This document shows positions 27,491 to 40,446 of a stretch of 64,000 bases of DNA, one piece after another (within the stretch, counting starts at the first letter, position 1; every line of letters begins with the position of its first letter). Both the position numbers and the translations under genes were made by a program. The notes beneath the pieces were generated by a model. That model was not told the origin of the DNA and searched no databases. It worked only from the letters and a program-made list of their open reading frames with translations. Source of the stretch: Haplodiscus bocki (lineage: Eukaryota); the NCBI GenBank assembly GCA_965655095.1, contig OZ296650.1, positions 23,312,001-23,376,000 of the forward strand. Direction: 5' to 3'.

Positions 27491-30400
27491 AAACAACAGA
27501 CGCATATTGAGAACTGGCGAAAACAAAACGGCTACCCGACAAAACTTCCACCAAAAAGTATCCCCGATACAGGAATTCATGGAACTATTCACCCGATCAA
27601 ACTTACGGGGCATTCGAATTCAAGCCAGAAGAAAGACGTAGGAAAAAGTTAGTAGCAGCGCACAAATAAAAGCCGCAACCAAAAGTCGATTCGAACAAAA
27701 GTTGAATTCTGGCTCTCAGTGCTGAATACTAGTCGCAGAAAAGCAAGAAATGACACATGAAATTGTGTTTAAGGTAACTAATATTATACGCGTAGCCAAT
27801 GCCGACTAAACGAGCGGTACACATATTTCTTCTGAGGCAGGCATTTTACCCTTCCGAATTTTTTTCAAAAGGCAGCATCCGAAATGAAGCGGCAATCGAT
27901 TTGAGGAGGCAAAATTCAACCAAAAATACTATAGGCCGAGGCTACAACTGGCTTATACACGGTATCTTTCCATTGTTGGCCATAAACACTTCAATTCCTG
28001 ATTACAATCCCCCAATGAGTGTACGATCTTTTGCATAATAAAAGTGAACCTACGATTGCATGTTATCGGCTCTTGAAGAAATGATCCCACATTTTGCATG
28101 ATTTCGAGTAAACACTCGTAAATGTTTTCCAAAAGTAATTTAGGCTGACACTTTTGTCGGGCTGTTACTTTCACGAATGTCAGTCGTTTAAAAGGAAGAA
28201 GAACGACATTGGCCTCACGCCGGCGTAATAGCAGAATTCTCACTTAGGGATAGCCCCCAGAATGATGCCAACCTTTGCTATCCTTACTGTAACTGACTTT
28301 GAAGAAGACTTTGACTTCGTGGTCGAGGAAATAACTACGGAGACCGAGAAGGTAAAACTGGGAGAGCTTCAGGACAGAATCGATGAGTTCGCCAATTACT
28401 TCCAGTAAATGGATGAGCGGTAAATGGGAAAAATCACTGCAAATATTTTTGAACATGGCGCTTGAAAGAACTCCGTTTTTTCCGTTGACGGGCTCCGTAG
28501 GAAAACATGGTGCCCCGAAATGATGTCATTCAAGACTACCAACATTTTTCCACGATTCGCACACAGAACATGAACGTTTTTGCGCCAAATCAAACAAAGC
28601 TTCCAAGTCCAAAAACTCAACAGGTAGCAAGGACCGCCTTGGAGCGGAAAACTTCAGTTGAAGGTAAACAAACGGATTGATAACGAAACACAAAAAAATG
28701 TGGGGGACATGCAGGCACAGAACCCCTATTTTTCTAGAGCGATATTACACATTAGCAAAAAAAAAATTTGAATGTTTGACCGACGAAAAATTGTCAAATT
28801 ATGTTCCATCTTTCTCCTCCATTTGTTTTTCTATGATTCTAAATCTTGCCACAGTAAAATTTTAGACATACTCATAAATTACGAAACCCGGTTGTGTCCT
28901 CCCCTGTGTGCCAAAGTTCCTCATTATTGTTCTTTTATAAAGCCATATTGATGGGAACTCATGGAAGTGCAGAACAACTGTCACATCAGTGGTTAATTTT
29001 CTTCCGTACTTCGATGAACCTGTACTCCCAATAGAGTGCTTTTCACAAGGATGAACCTCAAAAATGACCATCTCAATTCAGATAGGATTAAGGCAAAGAC
29101 GTGCGCTCTCGAAGATTCTCTCCAATTCAAACGATAATCATTTGTTAAATGAAGTCAGCATTTGAAGGTAGAAAAATGAAAGCCATAAAACTCAACGTGA
29201 TACAGTAGGCAGATGACACAATTTTTACGTCGATTTGTCGAGCGTTTGCAGAAAGTTCTACAAAAAACATATAAAATTTCAAAATTTTGCAACGGTAACG
29301 GAATTGAAATTAGCACGAGAACAAAATCCATGCCAGCACAGACCCGGAAGGCACCGAAACACCAATTGAAGCTCTTAGTCGACATTCCTGCAATTCGAAA
29401 CGTGAAACTTCAGGTCAATCTCTCTCCCTACGGATCCAACTTGAAGAATGAATTGAAGAACATAAGGACAGCAATTGCTCGAAAGAAGATCTTGGAAAAA
29501 GAATTCATGTAAAAACTGACCATTAGTTTTCCAGGTAACTGAAGATTTAAAACAGGCGTTTGGAGCGTTGTATGATACGTATCTGAAACGTGGACACCAA
29601 CAACTTCCATTCGTTGAAGAGTTAATATCATCGAAAGGTGTTGTTATCGGAGAAACATTTAAATTACATACATCAGGCATGTCACGAATATGGATGATTT
29701 ATTGAGACTGAGCAAAAACGTATGTTATGGAACGAAAAACAACTTCCATTGAACGAACCCTCCAACCAGAGGATGGCACAGATTGATGATGATGAAACTA
29801 GCCGTATTAGAACTAAAGAGCGAGACAGAAAAAAAACAACCTTTCAAAGGAGTAGCACTAGTTAATTGTAACTACCTTGAACCAAACAAAATTCACTACC
29901 ATGGTCAAAAAAATCTTAAAAATTTCAATTTTCCTGTCATGCAAGCTTGATGTGAAAAAAAACCGCTGAATGATTTCGAACATTTACTTCGAAGCTAATG
30001 AACTTAAAAGTAGCGGTTCGAAAATTTCTTTGTGGTTGAAAAAGTGCTTTGGTGTATATTCGGTACAAGTATGCTCGTTTCGAACATTTCATTGACCTTT
30101 TAACGGCTATTTTAAAAGGCATAAACTTTTTCACCAGAGGCGAAGCGGAATTTTGCAACGCCTTCTGACTTGTCAGTGGAAATCAAGGATCCCAGAAGAC
30201 ATTTGAAACCACGACCAGAGATACTACACATGTTGTGAATCAACAGTTTGTTCGAATAAGGCAAAATGAGACAAATACCGGTCAGAGAGTTTCATACTCA
30301 AAATTTTGACATGTCAATCAACTCATACCAGGTTACGGCATATTGCTGCCCAATAATTGAGACGTTTAGTTAATACAATAAAAAAAATCGCGAAAATGAG

Positions 30401-30677
30401 CAAGTACTTGCCAAAAAGAAGCCGTTTGTGACCGTTTACAATAGATGACTATATTCTCTTATGATGCCAACAAAAATCAAATTTGGACCGAATAAAACTA
30501 AGTGTGAGCCGGTTTCCAATACACGTGCTTCCTTTCAGTCAGACTGTGTATATAACAACAGTAATTAGGATGATTAGGAAATACGTAGCGTTGTTCGCGC
30601 GGCTGAAACATGTGAGCAACGTATTTTCACCGCCCGCTTTCTGTCCACGAAGAAACAACGCGCCCAAACAATGTAAC

Positions 30678-31436
30678 CAGACACCGCGAAAATCTGCCGC
30701 TAGCAGAAAACGGCAGAATCAACCAATCACAGCAGACTTAGCACAATAGAAAGTTTCAATCAAAATACGAGCGCGAACACGTCCCAACTAAGCTATACGT
30801 CTATTTTTGGAAATCGGTAGCCAATAAGAATTGATTTTTCAAATCAGATTAATTCAGTGTCGGTTCCCAAGCTCGACAGATTAAAATAATTTAGGCGATA
30901 AATTGAAATCCACCAATCAACTTCAAAACTTATCATTATTAACTTTTTGAACTTATTAATAAACTTAATATTATTTTAAACTTATTATAATTAAAATATT
31001 ATCATTTTAAACGGATCTTTTCTGTTAACTCCTGTTAAGAAGCGAGGGAGGGGCAGGGTTGTCCAAAAAAACTATATTGAATTTTTGAACAACCCTGCCC
31101 CTCCCTTCTCCGTCACGTCTTCAATAACTTTAGTACTGCATCAAATATATTTATTTTCCGAGAAAATAGTATTGAATGTTTAATAATTTGCTCTATGCGA
31201 TATTTGGGCCCCTGCGTCAGCAGCAGAAATTGAAAGTTTCAGCTTCGTGAATTTGGTCGAAAATAAGCGGAGAACAAATTTGTCAAATAAATCTTTGAAG
31301 GATCATTTGTACTGCTATTACAACAATAGTTTCATTGAAATTTGACCAAAATTCCTTCAAAAGCAGAAAAAAGCAGATTCCATTTTAGGCGGCAGCAGAA
31401 TATCGGTTTTAGGGCAGCAGATTTTCGCGGTGTCTG
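30678..31436 (+). mobile_element. Non-autonomous hAT-superfamily DNA transposon (759 bp)
   Basis: 20-bp TIRs CAGACACCGCGAAAATCTGC / GCAGATTTTCGCGGTGTCTG; 8-bp TSD AATGTAAC/AATGTTAC; relic hAT dimerisation domain PASAAEIESFSFVNLVENKRRTNLSNKSL at about 31210-31300. Confidence 0.9.
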
Positions 31437-32218
31437 AATGTTACCTATTATGTAATTGGAGAGCGATTTGAAAGAACTCTGTTTGTTCATTGTCACGCAC
31501 CAAGTATGTGAGCTATTTTCGAATTACGTACAACTTTCCGCTCAAATAGATTTAGCAAGTTGTTTTGCGATGAATTTTCTCAGAGATTTTTAACTAGGGA
31601 GATATTGATACGTAATTCTTTTAGGTTAGAGATTGAGATCAGAAAAGATAAATGCTTTACAACCAATATTCATTCAATTATTTTCCACATGCAACAGCAG
31701 AGTCTAACGTGTCATTTACTCGATTTATGCGATGATAATTTGACATTTTTTTCGTGTTTGCCTGTGCATAGATCCAAACAGTGCTTTTCATCTAGAGTCA
31801 CAAAAAGTAAACAAAACTCCTCTGATTCCCTTTATTCTAAACTTTTACTTGAAGAGTTAATTTTAAATTTACACAAGATCTAAGAAGATTTTCAGAATGG
31901 TCATTACGATTATTGTGTCTTCAGATAGGCGAAGCGGAACTTCGTAACACATTCAGACTTTCGAGTTGAGATCAAATATCCTGAAAGACAGTTGGAACTA
32001 TCATCAGAGAGAGACCACAATTTTTTCCAGACCAATAAGGACTATTTTGAAGCGAAAACAAAGAAGTAGCTGCCACGTCTTAAGACACTTATTGAGTAGA
32101 CTCTCCATGGCGCCAAAAAATACAACTTTTGAACAGGATAAAAAAAAGATGGGCATAAGCAGGTTTCAATACATATTCTTCTTTTCAGTCAGAATTTGTA
32201 AGTAGTGAAAATGCTAAC

Positions 32219-32412
32219 CTCGAACTGATATTGGCCGAAAGAAGTGTTGAGAAGTTTGCAGTTTTTATGCACAGATCCCCAGTATAGAGAGTGGCTACGG
32301 TTGATGACAGGACTGAAGAAGTCTTGCTGGCTGAGAAATGATATGTGTTGAGTGCAAAAATCATCGGCCGCTTGTCGCACAAACCGGTTGCACAAACAAG
32401 ATTTGCCAATTC
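32219..32412 (-). CDS. RhoGAPp190: p190 RhoGAP (ARHGAP35/ARHGAP5-like) exon: N-terminal GTPase-like domain, P-loop region
   Basis: Translates as (G)[49 protein letters not shown]..., matching the p190 motif [17 protein letters not shown]...H.S.LS..DF...V.N..H.LYWG. Acceptor ttgtgtag| and donor gag|gttagc; phase 1 in, phase 0 out. Confidence 0.93.
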
Positions 32413-34711
32413 CTACACAACAAAATTGGTGATACAATAAATCTTAATCGGAGAAAGGGTGCCCGTGGAATTTTTTCTACGTGTTTTGCATTATCACAAC
32501 AGGGCTTCCTGATTTCCGTAAAAAGCCTATTACCTTATATTATAAGTAGGCCCCTGGCAGGGTTCGGATATTGAATAAAATGAATCGAAGGCCAATTTAG
32601 AGCTGCGAAATGAAAACATAGGCACCAAGAACTCAAAGGATTGGACGCTAAGGAATCATGAGTCAAAAATAGGCTTCAAGAGGGGCTCGAACATCGACGC
32701 GAGTGAATTTAAAGATCATTGATTTTCTATCAGTTTTCAACTCACTGCAAAACAGCCTCCACAAACTATGGTTAATACTTCACAAGATTGCTAAGAAATT
32801 ACCATAGTCAGGAGAAAGAAGTGAGCCATCTTCAAACAACTGAGCGGCAAAGTTAAAAAATACAAATAAATCAGAATAATAGAAATTTCAGAAGATTTAA
32901 ATAACTTACAGCCACAGAAAGTGCATTTATGTACGTAACATCCACGCAAAAGTAAAACATAGCCGCCCTAAGCGAATAGGACTTCGGAAAATATTGAATT
33001 TTTTGTTTGATTTGCGCGATCTCAGCGCTACTATGATGTTCCGTATGGTCCCTTCTGTACTCCCACGTAGCTTTGCTGTTTCAAAAAAACTCAATTTTTC
33101 ATAAATATCTAACGGAATTCCTTATTTTGGAAGAGGTCGCAAAATGTCGTACATAAAAGCGTCACAAAAACAAACTGATTACAATTTTCCGAAGTCATAA
33201 TAAAAACGACAAAATCAACCGAAATGAACGAAATTTATCAAACGCCGCGGTAGGCTAGATATAATGAAACGAAAATCGTTTATTAAGGTATTCATCAGGA
33301 AAGAATATGTCCTATCCGGCAGTTCACGGAAATTAACATCGACTCAACTACCAAACAACTTCATGCAGAACTTTTCGTGATTCTATGTTAATGTATTCAC
33401 AAAAAAGACCAAAAATAATCGTGAGACCCTATGCATAAACTGAATTTTTCTGAGTGAATCAAATACAAAAAATTTCGCGACAATTTTGCTGATTCCAAAT
33501 ATCGTCGAAACTCCGTGATACGCTCTTTGTTACGCCTAAAGAAAAGAGCTCCCAGTGATATTCACAAAACCCTTCCGATTTGAAAGTGATCGTACAAAAC
33601 GACGTTTCAAACATAGTCATCAAGTGAAAAGAATCGGAATGGTAAAAAAAGGAGTTAGGTGAATTTTGATATTTTGAAAAAGCAAAAATAGGATGCGAAT
33701 TAAAAAGTCAAATTAGAGAATGCCTGAATCTATTACTACATGTACTTGAAACCGAAGAGTAAAGAGTGAAAATCGCTCTAGCTGGGGGATGAAAGTAAAT
33801 TAGACACAAGCGAATCAGTGCATTTCATACACAAGCGGCGAAGGTGAGGAACGTCATCGACTAATTGCCCATCGACGGAAGCTTCTCATTTGATTCTAAT
33901 GAACTAGTCATTATAGCAAAAACTACTGAAAAACGTCTCCATTGATCAAGAAATGGAGAACAGGGCGTAGCAATCCTATTTAGGGCTCAAGATATGCATT
34001 GGATGACCAACAATCCCACCAGTAATCGCCCCAAAAAATAATATTGAAAGAATACACGTAAAATCGAGCTGCAAGTCACAATAAATTCCGGAAAAAGTAA
34101 AATAGGACATTCCGGCTGATCCTCATGCTGATGGCAGTCGAAACTGGAGACTCACATCAATCTACATTTAGGAAATTTGCATTGTTTCTACAGAAATCGT
34201 TTCGAAAAAAATGTAGCTCTTTGATATGCCGAAAATTTTACGAAAAAAACGTAGGTTCAGGTTTACTAGGCTCGCAGATATAAGGATTCGCATAAAAATG
34301 GCACGACATTTAAAAACAAAAGGCCGCCAATAGTACATAGAATGAGTACAAGTCAATTTTACATTCTGAATAAACAGACTATCCTGACAATTATGTACAG
34401 ACAGCTCATCCTACCAACTCCGAATTTGATTCTTCCTCAATCCGCTCGCTTTAAACGTCATTAATTGCTGGTGCCTTTCGTTTGAGATCAAGAGCAGGAA
34501 ACAAAACTAAAAGCAGAAGGTCTTCCATCGCTTCATTTCGAAAAACCGGAAATCAGAGTTCGGATGGACTTTGTTGGGATACCCATATTTAGCATGCGTT
34601 AAAACCTTTTCAACTCGATGCGAAGGAATCGAAGTCTGCCCAGACTTCGGAGTACCAGCTTTTTGAATAAGCAATTTCGGATTCAAAATAAAACAAAAAT
34701 GATGCCACTCA

Positions 34712-35366
34712 TATTTCTTTCTTTTTTTTCTTCTGAAAAGTACTATTCCTTGGAGCACGCCTTGGAAGACAAAGTATAACCTCTATCGCAGCATGGTCCT
34801 ATCTGTCCTTCTCTATGGCGCCGTCATCTGTTCTCCAAGTATGTCTTCGTTGAAGAAAATGGAGTCCTTCCAAAAATTTTGCTTTCGGTGGATTTTTGGA
34901 AAAAAGCTGAATTATGAAAGAACTTTGAAAACTAACAACCTACTGCCAATTGCTTACCATATAGAGCTGGAGTCCCATTCACTTCTACTTAACTTACTTT
35001 TAAATAAATACGCCTACAATGTTGATGAAATAGTGACGTATCATCCACGAAAACCTTATAAAAGGCTGAGTTCTTTCAACCCCCTTGTCCTTTCTTCGAA
35101 CATGAAACATTCTGTTCTGAGAAACTCAGTTATGTCTTTCAATTATCTCCATCGTCATTCTATAATCAGTGAACCGCATCCATCCTCAATCAGAAGTGTA
35201 AAAATTTTTCTGAATAAAACCTTTGATTTCGATAATACTTGTACCTATTATATTTGTTGCTGCTGTGCTAAATGCTCACATTTGAAAAGTCTGATATGAT
35301 CTTTCTCTTCTTACATTTCTAAGATACCTGAAAAGGAATTAAGTCTTTCTCTCTCTCTCTCTCTCT
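34712..35366 (+). mobile_element. 5'-truncated non-LTR retrotransposon (CR1/L2-like 3' end) with (CT)n tail
   Basis: KYNLYRSMVLSVLLYG...KKMESFQKFCFRWI is an RT C-terminal region ending in a Cys cluster (CCCCAKC), followed by a short UTR and (CT)n. It is inserted into the integrase of copy 1 with CTCA on both sides; the empty site is visible at 40561. Confidence 0.88.
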
Positions 35367-37746
35367 CTCAAGAGGTTTAGCAGTCGCTTTATGATCGTAA
35401 TAGGAAGGATAACGGTGATAGGATTCAATGAGTGTCTTTTGCGGCATCTCAAAATTACGTATCATTGCATCCTGAAGTTCGTGGACAAAGTCTGACATGG
35501 CGTCGACTGCTTCAAAAGCCTTGCTGAAAAAAATGGAGATCGAGCGGTTTATAAGGTCCACGTCCCTGAAAAAGTGTACACGGACTAGAGCCAATGGAAG
35601 AGTGATAGCTAGTATTATGAATAAACGTAGCTAACGGAACATACTTGTTCCAGTCGCTCGAATGTTCGTCCGTATTACATTGCAAAAGCCTGTTAAACAT
35701 GGCATGTGAACGTTCAACAACGCCTATCGTCTGAGGGTGCTTCAGGGTAGCATGCTTTAAAATAAGTTCGAGCAACGTAGCCAACTCCTTCATTATGTCG
35801 GGCTTAAAGTTGGTACCAAGATCAGTCATCATAGTACGGGGAATGTAACTCTGCTGAAAAAAGAAGCAACAAATTCAAGTGCAACAGTATCAGCACTTGC
35901 GTTAGTCAGGTACTGTAAATAAATACTTGGTAAAACTTATACACTGTAAGAACGAACTTATACACCGCACTCGGTAGGGGTCCAACCAAATCTGCTTGGA
36001 ACAAGTCAAACGGAAATGACTGTTGAGTAGCCAAAGACTCTAACGGTGGGCCAATTTGTTTGTTCGGTACACGGTTAAGCTGAAGACAAGTAAGGCAATC
36101 CTTGATGAAATGAGCATGATGTTCGTTGGAATTAGGATAGGAAAACCGTTCGAGAAAGTCAAGAGTCGTTCTAACTATGCCTAAATGGCCCGCAGTGGCG
36201 GAATTATGAAGACGATAAATCGTTTTTTTTTCCATACAAGTTGTGGAACACAAAATTGTTCAACTTAAACCGCTCCTACGGCGTCAAAGAACTGACGGTG
36301 AAGAACACCATCTTTAACGACGGATCGATTGAAATGTTTGGCATACTTGCGCATATTGGCAATAGCGTACTGTAAATATGGAACAGAGCTAGTCACTTTC
36401 CAACGCAAAAACGTTTTGAATATCAGGATCTTTTTTGCTTGTTTCTGAACCAAATTTATTTCCCCAAATTCGCTGGACGTTAAAAAGGAGTCCATCGAAT
36501 CAGATTCCTGGACAATACTAACGCTAGGACTCTTTTGTGACAATTGGACAAAACCAACAACTGATGATTCATCTTCACACGGGATAGTCTTATGCTGTTG
36601 TAAATAAGCATCATAGACACCCAAGTCTTTCAACAGGGTTTCTAAGTGCTGGCCCAACGACTCTTCCGGGAGGAGCTCGTCGAAGGACGTGAAATGAGAC
36701 ATCGAAAGGTCAGGTTGTTTTGCTTTCCTTTCAATTCCAATTTCACGCACCACAATTTCATCAGTCAATTTGAATTCAAACTCTAGTGATTGATCGTTTC
36801 CAGAAGGGACAAAAAAATCAGCGGCGTAGTTGGCACGGCCTGCAATGTGAGCAAATGTCGAATGGAAACAGAGAACCCTATGAAGACAATTCCGCAACGA
36901 AGGCGGTACGGCCTTGGATTGAAAAAATCTCGTAGGACTCTTATCATCAGTCAAAATAATAACTGGTTTACTAGATTCACAAAGATAGTGAGCAAAAGCA
37001 TCTAACGCAACATAAAGTGCAAGAAATTCCTTGTAGTAAATAGGAACTTGAGTTGAGCGGTGTCAAACAAATGAGACCCAAATGAAACAGGATCATAGTT
37101 TTGCTTGCCCGAGGGTAAAACTTTCGTTTCATCCTCGACTATTAAAACGAATCCGGCTCCATGACAACTTGCGTCACAAAGTAGTACGTACTGTAAACCA
37201 GGTTTAGCTAACTGAAGAGTGATTTTGGTCGCATCAATGAAATGACGTTCAAGGACTTCAAGTGCTCCGACATGGGTTTCATCAACTTCAAGATAGGCCT
37301 CTAAAAACAACTTATAAAACGGAATAGGTTTGGTTCCAAGATTCGGAATGAAGTTCCGGAAAAACTCAACAAAACCAATAGGAGGTCTCACCTGCTTTAC
37401 CGTACGAGGAAGACAGATCTAGGACAAGAACTTCGTAAACTTCTCACTTTCAGGAGTAATACAGTGTTCGGAAATTACATTACCTAAAAATTTCATTGAC
37501 GCAGTGGCAATTTCACATTTTTCGGGGACGAGTTTGAGACCTGAGCGACGAATCGGTGCAAAGATAGCATCAAGCGCAGGAATAAGTTCATCAAAAGATG
37601 AGATCTCGTGATATCGATTTCAGTTCGTTGTAAATCAGACAAAAATTATCGTCGTGTTCTTGAGTAACTTCCATAACAAAGTCAGTAAATGCTGATGCGT
37701 GTTGTTGTAATCTATCAATGTTTTCGGCAATCTGGCCTCCAGTATC
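35367..37746 (-). repeat. Duplicated env-fragment/RT-RH-IN segment, copy 1
   Basis: The ORF track shows the same 106, 115, 229 and 129 aa ORFs twice with a few substitutions; frameshifts are shared. Confidence 0.95.
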
Positions 37747-38367
37747 CTGAAAAGAACCAAAAAATCCTGTGATTCCATTCCATTGATTTCCTATCATGAT
37801 ACTTGAACCGAAGACACCATTTCCGGCTGGGGCGACTGCTGCGCCAGGTAGACCACGCTTTTGGCGTTGAACATGTTGTTCTTCCATCGTCAAGAGAAGT
37901 GATGTTTCATTTCCCATATCGCACACATTTTCTTTCGCAGCCTGCAATTCATCCAAAACTTTAGCATAAAGCCAGTTAACATTGAACGGTTTACTTGACC
38001 CATTAAAAGGGAAGGATTCATCCAACGGACAAAAAAATGTCCGTGTCGCCCACATAGTTGCCAATGTTTGTAAACGTTCCTCAATCTGAGTTTTAACCTC
38101 AAACGTAAATTTTGGGAATGGTACTAAGAACTCAACGTGAACAAGCTTTTCAGCGAGAAGTATTTTTGACTCTTCGTGGAACATGATACCACTTCCCAAA
38201 ACTTCTGCGTACTGATCCTGAGAAACTTGTTGTTGTGTCAAGTGTATAAAGGTGAAAGTAAGAACGAGAAAGAGAACCTTACCACGTTGGCAATCTAGGA
38301 ACTTTGAAATCGAAATTGGTATAACCATTTGCGATGCTGAACTACTTCGTATCAATTTATTGAACAT
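37600..38367 (-). pseudogene. env: Env 5' fragment of family 2
   Basis: Hydrophobic signal, GIMFHEESKILLAEKLVHVEFLVPFPKF (versus GVFFHEETKILLAENFVNAQFLVPYPKF in family 1), furin RQKR plus fusion peptide; truncated by a junction to RT. Confidence 0.88.
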
Positions 38368-40446
38368 AAGATGCTCTGTTGAAGTGATTCTTTTTAGCTG
38401 GTTGACTAAGTACGCCCTACTTAGTAATCAAAGCGTATGAAGGGAGGCAGTCATTCGTTTGAATACTCAAAGTTGAGTTCCACAAACTACTATTCTTAAC
38501 TTCTGATACATTTAACTACTTTGACTCATGTGCTTTGAGTGATCAAATTTTCATTTATTTCCCGAACTCACGGAACAAAACTTTCTTTGCTTTAAAATTA
38601 TTTGATTGCCCTTAGAGGGCATAAACAAGCAAAAAAGTAAATGTTACGGGAGTTTTTCGGATACGCTTGTGACAATGTCTTCCTGCCCCCAAATTAACAG
38701 TGGTAGCCTTACTATTTACTGCTGTAGCAACGCATCCATAGCCAGTAGTCGTAGCATTTGAGCCCTTGGTTGAAGGATGTACCCTCCTTTAAAATTTTAG
38801 TCAGCAGCATTACTCCACAGTTAGAATTTACTCCAGATACTCGAGCTCTACTTTCCGTTTTTATAGTTATATAAAGTATTTTTATCATTTGTATGTATGT
38901 CGCTGGAAGATTTTATAGAAGAAATCGAAGATCTACCAAATAGTTCAGATTGTATCTAGTACATACTGTAGACAGTATTGTAATCAGTACAAACATTAGT
39001 CTAGTGTATAGTAACAGTATTAGATGCCAATTATTTGATTACACTTACTGTAGACATCGTCGTAGAGAGTGGATCTACTTACAGATTGTAAACGGTTAGC
39101 AAACGTATTATTGCAGTTAGAACCCGTTAAATATCTTTATTAAATGCAATTTCATATTAGTAATTAAAGGTATATATTGCTAATTCATGCTAAATATCCA
39201 ATGTTACGGCCTATATTAGCTATTGCTTTAAAGGCCTGAGTTGCTTAGGGTGTCTTCTAAGTGGGCTGTCACTAATTGTCGCGATAACGTATTATGTGAT
39301 TGACCTTTTACATACACAATCAGCAAATGTTGATGCTGGGACTAATCTGTCAAAATTGTGTTGAATAATGATTTACAGATGATTAATGCACTCTGCTTAG
39401 CGTGCTTGTTATATTGCTCTTCTGCGTTCTAACAATACAGAAGAGGATTTCAAGGTGGCCTTCTCTCCTTAATCAGAAGGAACGGAAGCTGATGCGGGAC
39501 CGTTCACGGAGTTTGTCGCTGTCTGAATCTTGTTATACCAGAACAAGAAGGTGGCAACTGTCTCAGAATGTCTTGATGCTTTGGGTGTCTTCAGCCACCT
39601 GACGTGACGACATGACATACACCACACGTGCCGGCCAATGCTTCACTTCTGCACGACAAGTTATGGAAGCTGCCAGCTTTCCTGGGAGGCAACCAAGGTG
39701 CTCCTGCAGCTCAGTTAGTCAATGTTTGGATCTTTTACGTGCTGTTTTAATATTTATAAATTTTTTAAGACAGTGGTTTGGGTCGCGTGCGGGATCAGGT
39801 CTTATGATATTTGAGCGTACTCCGAGTGTCTTGTGTGTTTCTTTGTTATCACACAAGGCCAAACCATCAGTGCCAAGCCTCCTGTATCTCATCAGCTGAG
39901 GAAATGGTGAACAGAGCTCGGGTACACTTTTCCAGAGGACACCCTAGACGCACCCTATTGATTTTCGGGAATTGGTATACGACTAGCTGTAGGTCTCGGA
40001 CGCAACTTTACTGGTGAAGGAGGCAAGGCCTCTACAGATGAGCCCAAAACTTGTTCATCTTCCCACATGGGGGTGGGGGAGCAAAGGTATTCCAGGAACT
40101 GCCACATGAAGCCGGCAGTTCGAACGGAGGATTAACTGGGGCCGGGGGTAATGTCACTGGCGCACCCGGAAGAGGTGCTCGAAATGATAACGATGACAGT
40201 CGCGGCCGGATGAATAGTACTACGCGGAGACAAAGATACTGAATCCTCGATGAACAATGCAGGGAAGTGTGGATGAAAAACTTCCAGTTCCCTAATCGTA
40301 AAAAGGCTTGAAGGGTCAGGTTTAAAATTCGACGGATTAATCTCATCAAAGTCATCAGGAGGACTATCAGGAGAAAAAGGACGCAGTCGAATATGATGTA
40401 CATATTGCTTGTAATTAGTTCCGACCTTCCTGACAACAAAATAAGA

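Noticed and set aside
27800-29900. Short ORFs (e.g. 29213-29512) as genes
   Set aside because: No recognisable domains or splice-consistent structure; probably decayed repeats.
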